DNA of 64,000 nt, taken from the NCBI GenBank assembly GCA_023410715.1, contig JAEYPN010000012.1:1-64000 (forward strand), given 5' to 3'. The DNA is from Bacillota bacterium. GTDB lineage: Bacteria; Bacillota_I; Bacilli_A; Izemoplasmatales; UBA1188. Positions 22,195-32,429 of the stretch are shown piece by piece (position 1 is the stretch's first letter; each line of letters starts with the position of its first letter). The notes beneath the pieces were generated by a model. It worked only from the letters and a program-made list of their open reading frames with translations, ran no database searches and was not told the origin of the DNA. A program made the position numbers and the translations under genes.

Positions 22195-23703
22195 TTACAT
22201 CAAAGGAGACAATAAATTAATAATTCCTTGAACTATTTTTTTAATAACTGACCGTTTTTTCCATGTATCATAGTTAATTTCTTCTGAAATCTTTATATCC
22301 TCATTAAATATTTTACCCATTTTTTTAGCTTCTTCACCATTAAAAAGAGCGGTGGCTTCATAATTTAAATTAAAACTCCTAAAATCAAAATTAACTGTTC
22401 CAAGTGAACAAATTTCATCATCAACGATCAAATATTTTGAATGCATAAAACAATTTCTATACTCATATATTTTTACTTTGTTATAAAGAAGTTCATCATA
22501 GTATGATCTTGTTCCTTGAAAAAATAAAAATTTATCACCCTTACCAGGAACTAATATTTCAACTTTAACACCACTTTTTACCGCTATTTTTATTGCTTGC
22601 ATTAGCTCAGGCTCAATTGCCAAGTAAGGACTGGCTATTTTAATTGAATTTTTTGCGGACACAATTAATTTAAAATAAACGTCTTTAATAATGCATGTTT
22701 CATAATCTGGACCAGACTCCACAATCATGAAATTACTAACATTGTTAATTAGTGTTTTATTTTTTTCAAGAGGCATCTCTTCATTTGTTGCATAATACCA
22801 GTCTTTATTAAATATTGTTGTTAAGGCATTAACTCCATAGCCTTCGACGCACAAATGCATGTCCCGCCAGAAACCAAACTTCTTACTTAAATGGTTATAT
22901 TCATTACCAAGATTTATTCCACCAATAAATCCAACATTACCATCAATTACCGTAATTTTCCGGTGATTTCTAAAATTAACACTGTTGTTAAAAATGGAGA
23001 ATTTTAATGGCTCAAAGCAAGCAATTCTTACCCCAGCGTTTTTTAAAGAATTCATATATTTTTTACTAATATATTTTCTCGAACCTACATCATCATATAC
23101 TAAATAGCACTTTAAACCCTCCATGGCTTTTAACTTGAGTATATCTAGAAACTCTTTTCCTAATTCATCGTTTTTTAAAATATAGAATTCCATATAAATG
23201 TTTTTTTTGGCATTAATCATTTTTTCTTTTAATAAAGGGAAAAAATTTTCACCATTGCATAGTGGAGTTACTTTTGTATTATTTTTATAAACTGTTCTTT
23301 TTGATAAATTTCTTGAAAATTTAAAAATATCATTATAATCATTTTCAATTTCCTCGCTTATATCATCATCTTTTATAAAGTAGTTATGGAAAAAAAGTGG
23401 TTTTTTCTTTTCTAATATTTTAAAACGATAATCACGAGCAAAAATATAATATAAGATCAATCCCAAAAGTGGATTAGCAATGATAATAATTAACCAAAAT
23501 GTTTTATTGGCAATATATTTTGATTTTAGTATTACTGAGACAATGACTAAAAAGGCTGATAAATATAGTATTACATAAAAGCAGACATTCAAAACACTAT
23601 AAACATCTTTTTCACGATGAATAAAAATAACCTTAAAGTAAATAAAGTAATAGCATAATAGATAAATAGCAATTAGGATTAAAAATTTAGTATATTTTTT
23701 CAT
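22195..23703 (-). CDS. cls: Cardiolipin synthase (phospholipase D family)
   Basis: It has two HKD motifs (HRKITVIDG..., HSKYLIVDD) and N-terminal TM helices. Start re-assigned to the ATG that follows the GAGGT RBS. Confidence 0.88.
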   Translation of the reverse strand: MKKYTKFLILIAIYLLCYYFIYFKVIFIHREKDVYSVLNVCFYVILYLSAFLVIVSVILKSKYIANKTFWLIIIIANPLLGLILYYIFARDYRFKILEKKKPLFFHNYFIKDDDISEEIENDYNDIFKFSRNLSKRTVYKNNTKVTPLCNGENFFPLLKEKMINAKKNIYMEFYILKNDELGKEFLDILKLKAMEGLKCYLVYDDVGSRKYISKKYMNSLKNAGVRIACFEPLKFSIFNNSVNFRNHRKITVIDGNVGFIGGINLGNEYNHLSKKFGFWRDMHLCVEGYGVNALTTIFNKDWYYATNEEMPLEKNKTLINNVSNFMIVESGPDYETCIIKDVYFKLIVSAKNSIKIASPYLAIEPELMQAIKIAVKSGVKVEILVPGKGDKFLFFQGTRSYYDELLYNKVKIYEYRNCFMHSKYLIVDDEICSLGTVNFDFRSFNLNYEATALFNGEEAKKMGKIFNEDIKISEEINYDTWKKRSVIKKIVQGIINLLSPLM

Positions 23704-23730
23704 ATAATACCTCATTTTTATTTTATCCAA

Positions 23731-23767
23731 AAAAATAAAAAAAACACAAAGGTGGATTCTTTGTGTT
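23731..23767 (-). terminator. Rho-independent terminator of the rplM-rpsI operon
   Basis: On the minus strand, an 8-bp stem (ACACAAAG/CTTTGTGT) is followed by a U7 tract. Confidence 0.8.
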
Positions 23768-23778
23768 TTAGGCAAATA

Positions 23779-24174
23779 TTAACGTTTACTAAATTGTGGT
23801 GCACGACGAGCTTTCTTAAGACCATATTTTTTACGTTCTTTCATACGTGAATCACGTGTGATTAAACCAACTGGTTTTAAAACGGCACGGTAATCTGGGT
23901 TAACTTCTAATAGAGCTCTAGTAATACCTAAACGGATAGCTCCAGCTTGACCAATGATACCTCCACCAACTACATTAATAGTGATATCGAATGTTGATTC
24001 GTTATTTGTTAATACAAGTGGTTGAAGAACGTCTAGTCTTGCAAGTCCAGAAGGAATATATTCTGCAAATTCGCGATTGTTTACTGTAATTAAACCTTTA
24101 CCAGGTCTTAATATTACACGAGCAACTGAAGATTTTCTACGACCTGTTGCTTGATACATAACTGATTTAGCCAT
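23779..24174 (-). CDS. rpsI: 30S ribosomal protein S9
   Basis: 131 aa with the C-terminal ...[12 protein letters not shown]. Confidence 0.96.
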   Translation of the reverse strand: MAKSVMYQATGRRKSSVARVILRPGKGLITVNNREFAEYIPSGLARLDVLQPLVLTNNESTFDITINVVGGGIIGQAGAIRLGITRALLEVNPDYRAVLKPVGLITRDSRMKERKKYGLKKARRAPQFSKR

Positions 24175-24188
24175 AAATTATCTCTCTC

Positions 24189-24623
24189 CTATTCCTTAAT
24201 TTCATAAACAACTGGGCATTGAGCTTGATGCTTATGATTTTCTCCAGCATAGACAAATAATTTCTTGTACATTGCATTACCAAGTTTGCTTTTTGGAAGC
24301 ATACCCTTAACTGCTAATTCAACCAATCTTTCTGGTTTATTAGCTAATACAACCTTTGCTGTTTCTTGCTTTAATCCGCCTGAGTGCATTGTGTGATGAT
24401 AATATATTTTATCATTCCACTTGTTACCAGTAAGTTCTATTTTTTCTGCGTTTACAATAATAACATAATCTCCACAATCAACATTAGGTGTGAAAGTAGG
24501 TTTATGTTTTCCTCTTAGTATTGCTGCAACTTGTGCAGAAAGTCTACCAAGTTTTAACCCTGTTGCGTCAACAACATACCATTTGCGTTCGACGTTTTGT
24601 TCGTTTGCCATAAATGTTTTCAT
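24189..24623 (-). CDS. rplM: 50S ribosomal protein L13
   Basis: 144 aa with conserved L13 sequence, upstream of rpsI. Confidence 0.96.
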   Translation of the reverse strand: MKTFMANEQNVERKWYVVDATGLKLGRLSAQVAAILRGKHKPTFTPNVDCGDYVIIVNAEKIELTGNKWNDKIYYHHTMHSGGLKQETAKVVLANKPERLVELAVKGMLPKSKLGNAMYKKLFVYAGENHKHQAQCPVVYEIKE

Positions 24624-24720
24624 TTTTGTTCCTCCTATAATTATATTATATAAAGGCTGTGTGGGGCCACAAAAAATGTACCATAGGATATTTTAGCATT
24701 GATATTAAAATATGTCAAGT
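24624..24720 (-). promoter_or_regulatory. rplM promoter (TTGACA-17-TAAAAT) and short leader with a GC hairpin, possibly an L13 leader
   Basis: On the minus strand, TTGACA(24718-24713)-17-TAAAAT(24695-24690) is followed by a roughly 60-nt leader. The leader contains a GC-rich hairpin (GGCUGUGUGGGGCCACA) just upstream of the GGAGGAA RBS. Confidence 0.45.
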
Positions 24721-24822
24721 AATAATTTTAAACCTATTATAATTTTATAACGTTATAATTATTAACACTAAATACTATGTATTTATTATGTGCATTTTTA
24801 CCAGTTTTTATCGAATATTGGC

Positions 24823-25545
24823 TTACTTATTCTTATGTTCTTTTTTCTCTAATTTAAAGTAAATATTTTTTAGTTCTTTCATCGATAATGATTTAAGTTC
24901 ATCAAATGTATATTCATCAGTTAATTCTAAAATCATCTCCATAATCTTCATCTTGCCAAGAGAAACTTCATTATCTTTTGCTTTATCTTTTAATTCTTGG
25001 GTTACTTTTACTGTTTCAATTTTACAATTAACGTTTTTTTCTTTGCACTGTTTTTCAATGATTTTAGAATAATTATCTAATTTGTCTTGATCAAATTCAC
25101 CTTTTTTACTATAACCACTGATCACAATCATGTTTTCTTCATTATCTAAATAACCTTTTTCATAAAGAACGTTATAGCAAACGACTAAGGCCTCACTTAA
25201 ATCTTTATTTTTAAATTTAACATTATTAAAGATATCATATGCATCCTGGTTATTATAATTCGTTTTAACTACCTTATTAAAACGATTAACCTCAAGTTCA
25301 ATTGAAGGATTAGTATCAATCGTAATTGCTTCAACATCATCATAATACGCCACATATGATAAGATTCCTACCGACATGAGCACAATAATAAACACTGATA
25401 TAACTAATTTAAGTGGTCGAGAAAAAGATCTTTTTTCTATCTTTTCTTCTACCTTACATGATTTGATTTTATCCAAAATATTAGGAGTAATATTTTTTGT
25501 TTCTAGTCTTAACCGGTTCTCAATATCTTTATTCGTTAATTTCAT
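24823..25545 (-). CDS. Putative membrane-anchored anti-sigma factor, with a DUF4179/PepSY-like extracytoplasmic domain
   Basis: 240 aa made up of a cytoplasmic N-terminus of about 45 aa, a single TM helix and an extracellular domain (IDTNPSIELEVNRFNKVVKTNYNNQDAYDI...EALVVCYNVLYEKGYL). It overlaps the upstream ECF sigma gene by 17 nt. Confidence 0.6.
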   Translation of the reverse strand: MKLTNKDIENRLRLETKNITPNILDKIKSCKVEEKIEKRSFSRPLKLVISVFIIVLMSVGILSYVAYYDDVEAITIDTNPSIELEVNRFNKVVKTNYNNQDAYDIFNNVKFKNKDLSEALVVCYNVLYEKGYLDNEENMIVISGYSKKGEFDQDKLDNYSKIIEKQCKEKNVNCKIETVKVTQELKDKAKDNEVSLGKMKIMEMILELTDEYTFDELKSLSMKELKNIYFKLEKKEHKNK

Positions 25546-26071
25546 TTTTATTACTCCTTTCTAAATATTTTCTTAATTTATTAATAGCTCTGTTGTACCG
25601 CCATCTAACTGTTCCTTCTGGAATTTTCAAGTCATTCGAAATTTCAATAAGCTTTTTTTCATCCATTACATGAAGTAAAACAATTTTTAAATCATTTGTT
25701 GGTAAAATCTTCAGTGCGAGATTTAAAAGATATGTGTTTTCGCTATTTCCATAATCATTTATAACACTTGTATCAAGAACAGATGAATCACTTACATTAC
25801 CGACATACTTTATTTTTTTTCTTCTTTTTAATTCATTTAAGCAATTATTTTTAGCAATTCTTATAATCCAAGCTTTAGCATTTCCTGTTTTATAGCTATT
25901 AATGTTTTTTCTAACATTTATATAGGTGTCTTGCATCATATCTTCAGCTAGCATTTTATCTTTCATATATGACAAGCAAATTGAAAAAACTAATTTTTGG
26001 GTTTCTTCATAAATTAGATCTAATGCATAAATATCCCCTTGTTTTAGTTTCTCAATTTTTTGTTCTAGCAT
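25529..26071 (-). CDS. ECF-type RNA polymerase sigma-70 factor
   Basis: 180 aa with region 2 (KAWIIRIAKNNCLNELKRR) and a region 4 HTH (ISNDLKIPEGTVRWRYNRAINKLR). Confidence 0.85.
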   Translation of the reverse strand: MLEQKIEKLKQGDIYALDLIYEETQKLVFSICLSYMKDKMLAEDMMQDTYINVRKNINSYKTGNAKAWIIRIAKNNCLNELKRRKKIKYVGNVSDSSVLDTSVINDYGNSENTYLLNLALKILPTNDLKIVLLHVMDEKKLIEISNDLKIPEGTVRWRYNRAINKLRKYLERSNKNEINE

Positions 26072-26100
26072 GTTGCCACCTAATATGTTCTTTCTTTTAT

Positions 26101-27360
26101 TTAACCACGTTTTTTTGAATTTATTTTCTCTTTTATTTCTTCTTTACTAGCATTAAATTGAGCTAATAAATCAGCACTTTTTACTTTAAACTCGTCTTCC
26201 ATAGTTTTTAATATTGCTTCATTTTTTATAATATCTTCATTAATTTCAAGAATTTCTTCCTCTAATAAAGTATCATCTTCTAGTTTAGCTTCTAGTTCTT
26301 CAATTATTTTTTCTAATTCACTAAAATTATATTCCGCTTTTAAAGTGCTTAAAGCTTCTTTATATTCAGTTTTTAAATCTTGAAATTCTTTTACGCTTAC
26401 TTTAATCTGATCCTTGTTTTTATCAAATGAGCCTTTGTGATTTTGATTATCTAATAAATTATCTTTTTCTTTTTTGTTTTTCTCAGCTTTAAGTTCTTCT
26501 TTGATAGTTGCTCTTTTATCTTTAAATTCTTGTTTTAAACTGTCTTTTTCTTTATTATATTCTTCTTTTAAAGCATTGTAAAGTGTTTCTTTTTCATTTA
26601 ATTCCTGCTCTAATGCTGATATTTCTTCCTCAGTTAAATTAATGATATTTTCATCGCTTAATTTTTCTTCTAATACTTCTATCTCACCTTTTAAAACAAA
26701 CATTTCACTATACTTTTCTTTTAAAGCAAGCATTCTTTCTTTATATTCTTGACCTAGCGCATGACCAAAGTTTTTTTCTTTAGCATTCTTGTGACATAAT
26801 TTAACTAACTCGTTAACCTTTAAATCTTTAACATCTTCAATAGATAACTCTGGATTTAACTCTAAAGCTAATAAAACCATTTTAGTTTGACCCACTGGTA
26901 GATTTAGTTGTTGAGCTTCTACTACATATTTTTCAAGTGTATCTTTAGAAACAGCTCCAAAAATTCCATTATTAACAAAATAATCATCAATTTTTTTCTT
27001 TACCTTTTCTAAAACTTCTTTTATTTCATCTTCATCTTCTGATTCAACATCAATAAAGACCTCAGTATCCATACTATCACTATCAATAAAACCTGTTTTA
27101 ATTGATTCAGAAATAATAATTTCTGATGCTTCGCTAATGTCTTTGCCAACTAAATCTATGTTTGCTAACAACACATCAGCATCATCATTTAAAGCAATTG
27201 TATCTAAAACCTCATCTTTATTTGATACAAAAATGCCTACTTCAGGATTAATTCTGTAAGAGATAAAGGTTGTTCCAAGTTCCGTGTCCGTCTTTGATTG
27301 ACATCCAAATAACATAATAGTAAATAATAAAGTTAAGCTTAATAAAATTTTCTTTTTCAT
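26101..27360 (-). CDS. Lipoprotein combining a PepSY/DUF4179-like domain with a long coiled coil
   Basis: It has a signal peptide with the lipobox LFGC, a domain resembling the anti-sigma extracellular domain (RINPEVGIFVSNKDEVLDTIALNDDADVLL...IKTGFI) and a C-terminal half rich in E/K coiled coil. Start re-assigned to MKKKILLS after the GGAGGAAAAAA RBS. Confidence 0.7.
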   Translation of the reverse strand: MKKKILLSLTLLFTIMLFGCQSKTDTELGTTFISYRINPEVGIFVSNKDEVLDTIALNDDADVLLANIDLVGKDISEASEIIISESIKTGFIDSDSMDTEVFIDVESEDEDEIKEVLEKVKKKIDDYFVNNGIFGAVSKDTLEKYVVEAQQLNLPVGQTKMVLLALELNPELSIEDVKDLKVNELVKLCHKNAKEKNFGHALGQEYKERMLALKEKYSEMFVLKGEIEVLEEKLSDENIINLTEEEISALEQELNEKETLYNALKEEYNKEKDSLKQEFKDKRATIKEELKAEKNKKEKDNLLDNQNHKGSFDKNKDQIKVSVKEFQDLKTEYKEALSTLKAEYNFSELEKIIEELEAKLEDDTLLEEEILEINEDIIKNEAILKTMEDEFKVKSADLLAQFNASKEEIKEKINSKKRG

Positions 27361-27498
27361 TTTTTTCCTCCGTTTATTTTTTCTTTCACATACATAACAA
27401 TTTAAAGCAGTAAAACGTTGGATTTTTTTGAAAAAATAAAAAACTCTCCTGTTTATGTGGTTAACCCACAAAATAGAAGAGTTTAATTTAATAAGTAA

Positions 27499-28377
27499 TT
27501 ATCCAATTACTTTCTTTTTAAAGTTACCAACAACTTTTTTAACTGGATAAACGCAAACAAAGGCCTTAGGATCTATTGCTTGAATTTCTCTAACATAACG
27601 GTCCAATTCATAATCAGAAACAATTGTATAAACAATGTTTTTATCATGTTTAGTAAATTCGCCAACTCCTTTTAAGTGTGTAACACCGTGGGTAAATTTT
27701 CCTAACAACTGTTTAATAATTTCTTCACCGTTTTCTGTGATAATTTCGATTCTTATATAGTTATAAGTGGTATGAACCCGATCAATCACAAAAGAAACTA
27801 AAATATAAGATATAATTGTATAAATACCAATATTAATATCAAAAAATATACTAGCAAGTAAAACAACGCAGCAGTTTAATGTTAAGTGCATTGTACCAAC
27901 TGGAACGCTTGTTTTAATATTAATAAATTGGAATAACATTAGTGCCCCGCCAGTAGATCCACCAGCCTTTAACACTAAACCATTACCAAGTCCCGATAAG
28001 ATTCCCCCAAAAATAGCTTTGGCTAAAATGTTATCACCAAGCAAGTTAGCATTCGGGAAAAGAATGGGATATAAAGCAATAATTGCTGATTGTAAAGCAA
28101 GTGAAATAAAAGAATAAATAACAAATTTACGGCTAAATTTTCGCCAGCATAGAATATAAACAGGTAAAGGTAAAATAAAGTTTATTACGCCTAAATTTAA
28201 TTTATAGTCAAGTATGTCATATTTTTGGGCTAAATTTACAACTAATTGCGATAGCCCAGTAAAACCACCACTATAAAGCTGAGCCGAATCCAAAAATGCA
28301 GCAATACCAATGGCCAAAATAACAGAACCAATAATTACGTATAAAATTGGATACTTCTTATAAATTGGAGTTATCAT
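27499..28377 (-). CDS. yitT: YitT family membrane protein (DUF161/DUF2179)
   Basis: 292 aa with multiple TM helices and the C-terminal DUF2179-like soluble domain. Confidence 0.75.
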   Translation of the reverse strand: MITPIYKKYPILYVIIGSVILAIGIAAFLDSAQLYSGGFTGLSQLVVNLAQKYDILDYKLNLGVINFILPLPVYILCWRKFSRKFVIYSFISLALQSAIIALYPILFPNANLLGDNILAKAIFGGILSGLGNGLVLKAGGSTGGALMLFQFINIKTSVPVGTMHLTLNCCVVLLASIFFDINIGIYTIISYILVSFVIDRVHTTYNYIRIEIITENGEEIIKQLLGKFTHGVTHLKGVGEFTKHDKNIVYTIVSDYELDRYVREIQAIDPKAFVCVYPVKKVVGNFKKKVIG

Positions 28378-28379
28378 TT

Positions 28380-30296
28380 TTAACTAATTTTATCTCCTAT
28401 TTTTACTTTATCTACAAATAAAGCCTCTAAATCTTTATCATTGCTAGCACATAAAATCATACCTTCTGATTCAATATTTCTAATCACAACAGGTTTTAAG
28501 TTACACAAAACAACTAATTTTTTACCAATTAAATCTTCTTTTTTATAATACTCTTTAATACCGGAAACAACTGTTCTAACTTTATCTTTTGTATCAACTT
28601 TTAAAATTAATAGCTTTTTGGCATCCTTATGTTCTTCAACATCAATGATTTGACCTACTCTTATATCTAATTTATTAAAATCTTCAATTGAAATATAGTT
28701 TTCTTCTTTTTTAGGTGGAGTCATTAAAGCCTTAATAAATTCTACTTCTTTAACAGAATCTAAACGTGGAAATAATGGAGTTGGGTTTTGATTTACTTGA
28801 TATACTTTTTTTCCAAAGAAACCTAAGTTAACTAAACTTTGATCTTCAACATCAACATTTAATTCATTAAAGATTTTTTCGGTTGATTCAATTAAGATTG
28901 GGCTATATAAAATACTAATGATTCTAATACTTTCAGCCAAATAATATAATACATCATTTAAAATATCTTTTTTGCTTTCATCTTTAGCTAAAGCCCAAGG
29001 CATAGTTTCATCTACTAGTTTATTAGTCCTTGACACAAGTCTTGAAACTTCTTGAATAGCTAAAGATATTTTTAGCTCATCCATATTTTTCTTATTATTT
29101 ATAATTACTTCATTACTTAAGTCCTGTAATTCTGTAAAATATTTATTTAGTTCACTTGAAGTGGCTTTGTATTCTACTTTTCCATTAAAATATTTATTAA
29201 TCATAGAAATAGTGCGACTAACAAGATTTCCTAAGTCATTTGCTAAATCAGCATTTAAACATAAAACAAAATCTTCGGGAGTAAATACTCCATCATTACC
29301 ATATGGTAAAGCTTTTAGTAAATAATATCGGAAAGCATCTAAACCATATTTTTCAACAAGCGGTTCAGGATAAATAACATTTCCTTTTGACTTACTCATT
29401 TTGCCATCTTTCATCACATACCAGCCATGAGCCACAATTTTAAATGGAATTGGGGCATCAATAGCCATTAACATAATTGGCCAAATAATCGCATGGAATC
29501 TTAAGATATCCTTAGCCATGACATGAATTACTTCACCATCTAACCAATATTTCTGATATAGTCTATCATTATCTGAAAGATAACCAATGGCAGTAAGATA
29601 ATTACTTAAAGCATCAATCCAAACATAAATAACATGTTTTGGGTTGTTTGGCACTTGAATTCCCCAAGTAAAAGACGTTCTTGATACACACAAGTCATCT
29701 AATCCTTGTTTAATAAAACTAATAACTTCATTTCTTCTTGCTTCAGGAGAAATAAAGTCTGGATGGGACTCAATAAATTCTAATAAACGGTCTTGATATT
29801 TACCAAGTCTTAAAAAATAAGATTCTTCTTTTAATAATTTAGTTGGTCTACCACAATCAGGGCAAATATCATTTTCTCCAAGTTGAGTTTTCGTAAAGTA
29901 TGTTTCACACTCAACACAATAGTTACCTTCGTATTCTCCTAAATAAATATCATCATTATCTAAGAGTTTTTGAAAAATCTTTTCAACTATTTTGGTGTGT
30001 CTATCTTCAGTAGTCCTAATAAAATCATCATACTTTACATCAAGTAATTTCCATAAGGTTTTTGCTTGATCAGCAATAATATCGACATGTTCTTGGGGTG
30101 TTCTATTATTTTTCTTAGCATTTAATTCAATTTTTTGGCCATGTTCATCCATACCTGTTAAGAAGTATGTGTCATAACCTAAAAGTTTTTTATATCTCTT
30201 AATCGAATCGCAAAGACAAGTTGAATAAGCTGTTCCGATATGAAATTTTCCACTTGGATAATAAATTGGGGTGGTAATATAAAAATTTTTACTCAT
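28380..30296 (-). CDS. metG: Methionine--tRNA ligase with C-terminal tRNA-binding (EMAP-like) domain
   Basis: It carries the HIGTAYS (HIGH) and KMSKSKGN motifs and a Zn knuckle (CVECETY...CPDCG). The C-terminal OB-fold reads RVGQIIDVEEHKDAKKLLILKVD. Start re-assigned to the ATG after GGAGGAAAAAC. Confidence 0.95.
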   Translation of the reverse strand: MSKNFYITTPIYYPSGKFHIGTAYSTCLCDSIKRYKKLLGYDTYFLTGMDEHGQKIELNAKKNNRTPQEHVDIIADQAKTLWKLLDVKYDDFIRTTEDRHTKIVEKIFQKLLDNDDIYLGEYEGNYCVECETYFTKTQLGENDICPDCGRPTKLLKEESYFLRLGKYQDRLLEFIESHPDFISPEARRNEVISFIKQGLDDLCVSRTSFTWGIQVPNNPKHVIYVWIDALSNYLTAIGYLSDNDRLYQKYWLDGEVIHVMAKDILRFHAIIWPIMLMAIDAPIPFKIVAHGWYVMKDGKMSKSKGNVIYPEPLVEKYGLDAFRYYLLKALPYGNDGVFTPEDFVLCLNADLANDLGNLVSRTISMINKYFNGKVEYKATSSELNKYFTELQDLSNEVIINNKKNMDELKISLAIQEVSRLVSRTNKLVDETMPWALAKDESKKDILNDVLYYLAESIRIISILYSPILIESTEKIFNELNVDVEDQSLVNLGFFGKKVYQVNQNPTPLFPRLDSVKEVEFIKALMTPPKKEENYISIEDFNKLDIRVGQIIDVEEHKDAKKLLILKVDTKDKVRTVVSGIKEYYKKEDLIGKKLVVLCNLKPVVIRNIESEGMILCASNDKDLEALFVDKVKIGDKIS

Positions 30297-30840
30297 GTTT
30301 TTCCTCCATACAAATCTGTTTTTCCACATTTTTTCTAGCATCTAGACCTAAAAGTCTTTCAATAGCTTCTAAAGCAAATGGTGTCACAAAATAAACACTT
30401 TTACCAGTAATGATGTTATCAGCCACGACAACACCTTTATTTTGATGAAGACCAGCCATAATGTATTTTTCAAATCCTGGATAACAAGTATATTTTTTAC
30501 CCTTTAAAATATCTAAGACTCCTAAGATGCTTGGGGCGGCACAGATTGCCATAATAAGTTTTTGGTCATTATTATACTGATTTATTAAAGATAAGACATC
30601 TTTCTTATCCTTTAAATCCATAACACCGACTCCACCAGGAATAAATAAAGCGTCATAATCTGTTAAATCTTTATTAAACATTTTATCAGCTATAATACGT
30701 GTTCCATGAGAACCGGTAATATCTATTTTACTACTAACGCTTATTAAATCAACTATTATTTTAGCCCTTCTTAATAAAGATACTGTACCAATAAGTTCAC
30801 TTTCTTCAGTTTTATCATTTACTAAAGCTAAAATTTTCAT
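30289..30840 (-). CDS. DJ-1/PfpI family protein
   Basis: 183 aa with the nucleophile-elbow cysteine in AICAAP. Its 3' end overlaps the metG start by 8 nt. Confidence 0.8.
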   Translation of the reverse strand: MKILALVNDKTEESELIGTVSLLRRAKIIVDLISVSSKIDITGSHGTRIIADKMFNKDLTDYDALFIPGGVGVMDLKDKKDVLSLINQYNNDQKLIMAICAAPSILGVLDILKGKKYTCYPGFEKYIMAGLHQNKGVVVADNIITGKSVYFVTPFALEAIERLLGLDARKNVEKQICMEEKHE

Positions 30841-30841
30841 A

Positions 30842-31693
30842 TTAAGACTCCTTTACTTCTTTCAAATATCTGTCATAAACTTCGCTTTTTGAAGTATTTA
30901 AATCTTTAGCGACCTTTTTCATCGCTTCTTTTAGTTCAAATCCATTTTGTAAATAAAGGTTAATATGATCTTTTATTGATAAATCAATTTTAGGTGTTTC
31001 TTCTTTTTGACCTTCAACAATTATAACCATTTCACCAATTAAATCGGTAAGTTCTAAACTTTCTTTTAGAGTTCCCCTAATAATTTCTTCATGAATTTTA
31101 GTTAACTCTCTTGCAATAGCGAAATGTCTATCACCAAATATTTCATACATATTTTTTAATGTTTCTTTTATCCTATGTGGTGCTTCATAAAAAATCAATG
31201 TTTCTTCTTTTGACATTAATTTTTGTAATTCTTTTTTTCTTTCACTTTCTTTATGACTCAAAAAGCCATAAAAAATAAATGGATAAGGTTTAATTCCTGA
31301 AGTAATAAGTCCAGTCAAAAGCGCAGAAGCGCCAGGTATAGCCACAACCGGTATGTCGTTCTCAATAGCTAGAGTTACTGCTTCATACCCTGGATCGCTA
31401 ACAAGAGGCATTCCAGCATCACTAATTAAACCCACATTATATCCTTGTTTTAATAAGTTAATTATTTTCTCTTTTTGAATGTCTTTATTAAATTCATGAA
31501 AGCTACCTAAGTTCTTCTCAATATTTAGCTTCATTAATAATTTGTTTGTTACTCTTGTATCTTCACAAAATAAAAAATCAACAACTTTGATTGTATCAAT
31601 AGCTCTTAAACTAATATCTTGCATATTACCAATTGGTGAAGGAATTAAATATAAAATTCCTTTTTCTTTTTCAAATGATTTTTGTCTATTCAT
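30842..31693 (-). CDS. rsmI: 16S rRNA (cytidine1402-2'-O)-methyltransferase RsmI
   Basis: It has a tetrapyrrole-methylase-like fold (GILYLIPSPIGN...EDTR) in the yabC/rsmI position. Confidence 0.88.
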   Translation of the reverse strand: MNRQKSFEKEKGILYLIPSPIGNMQDISLRAIDTIKVVDFLFCEDTRVTNKLLMKLNIEKNLGSFHEFNKDIQKEKIINLLKQGYNVGLISDAGMPLVSDPGYEAVTLAIENDIPVVAIPGASALLTGLITSGIKPYPFIFYGFLSHKESERKKELQKLMSKEETLIFYEAPHRIKETLKNMYEIFGDRHFAIARELTKIHEEIIRGTLKESLELTDLIGEMVIIVEGQKEETPKIDLSIKDHINLYLQNGFELKEAMKKVAKDLNTSKSEVYDRYLKEVKES

Positions 31694-32429
31694 CTTTATT
31701 CATCCCTAGTTTAAACATTTCTAGAATTTCATTAGTATATTTCCCATCTTTATGAACATAAAGAGGGGGTAATATATGTAGTGATCCAGTCATGCCATTC
31801 TTATGCGCTTCAATTAAAACCATTTCGGCATTAGTATTTTCTTTGGCATAAACAAGACGCATTTTCTTTACCGCAAAATTATATTTACTTAACAAAGAAA
31901 TAATTTCATCTAATCTTTCAACCCTATGAGAAAAACATAAGACTCCTTTATTATTTAATAAATAAGAAGCTACCTTAATCATCTCTTCTAATTTTAAGCA
32001 TACCTCATGACGAGCAATGGTTAACTTATCATTTTTATTAACATTACTTGTTGGTAAATACTTAAAATAAGGGGGATTGCATGTTAACAAATCAAAACTA
32101 CCAGCTTTATAAAGTTTTGGTAAATTGTTTACATCCTCATTTATGATGGTAATTTGAGAAGAAAGTTTATTATATTCTACGCTTTTTATTGCTAAATCAT
32201 AAATGTCTTTTTGAATTTCAACGCCAATTATTGTTTTTTTTGTTTTAAGAGACAAAATCATTGGAATAGGGGCATTACCTGTACACAAATCCATGATATT
32301 TTGGCATTTTTTATAAACATAAACAAAATCAGCTAATAAAACAGAATCCAATGAAAATCTAAAAGATTCTTCATCTTGATATATTTTAATGGAATCGTAT
32401 CCTAAAAGATCATGTAATACTATGCTCAT
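31686..32429 (-). CDS. tRNA1(Val) (adenine37-N6)-methyltransferase, YabB/TrmN6-like
   Basis: It carries an NPPY motif (LLTCNPPYFK) and a SAM-binding motif (DLCTGNAPIP). Its position between ricT and rsmI matches Bacillus. Confidence 0.8.
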   Translation of the reverse strand: MSIVLHDLLGYDSIKIYQDEESFRFSLDSVLLADFVYVYKKCQNIMDLCTGNAPIPMILSLKTKKTIIGVEIQKDIYDLAIKSVEYNKLSSQITIINEDVNNLPKLYKAGSFDLLTCNPPYFKYLPTSNVNKNDKLTIARHEVCLKLEEMIKVASYLLNNKGVLCFSHRVERLDEIISLLSKYNFAVKKMRLVYAKENTNAEMVLIEAHKNGMTGSLHILPPLYVHKDGKYTNEILEMFKLGMNKDE

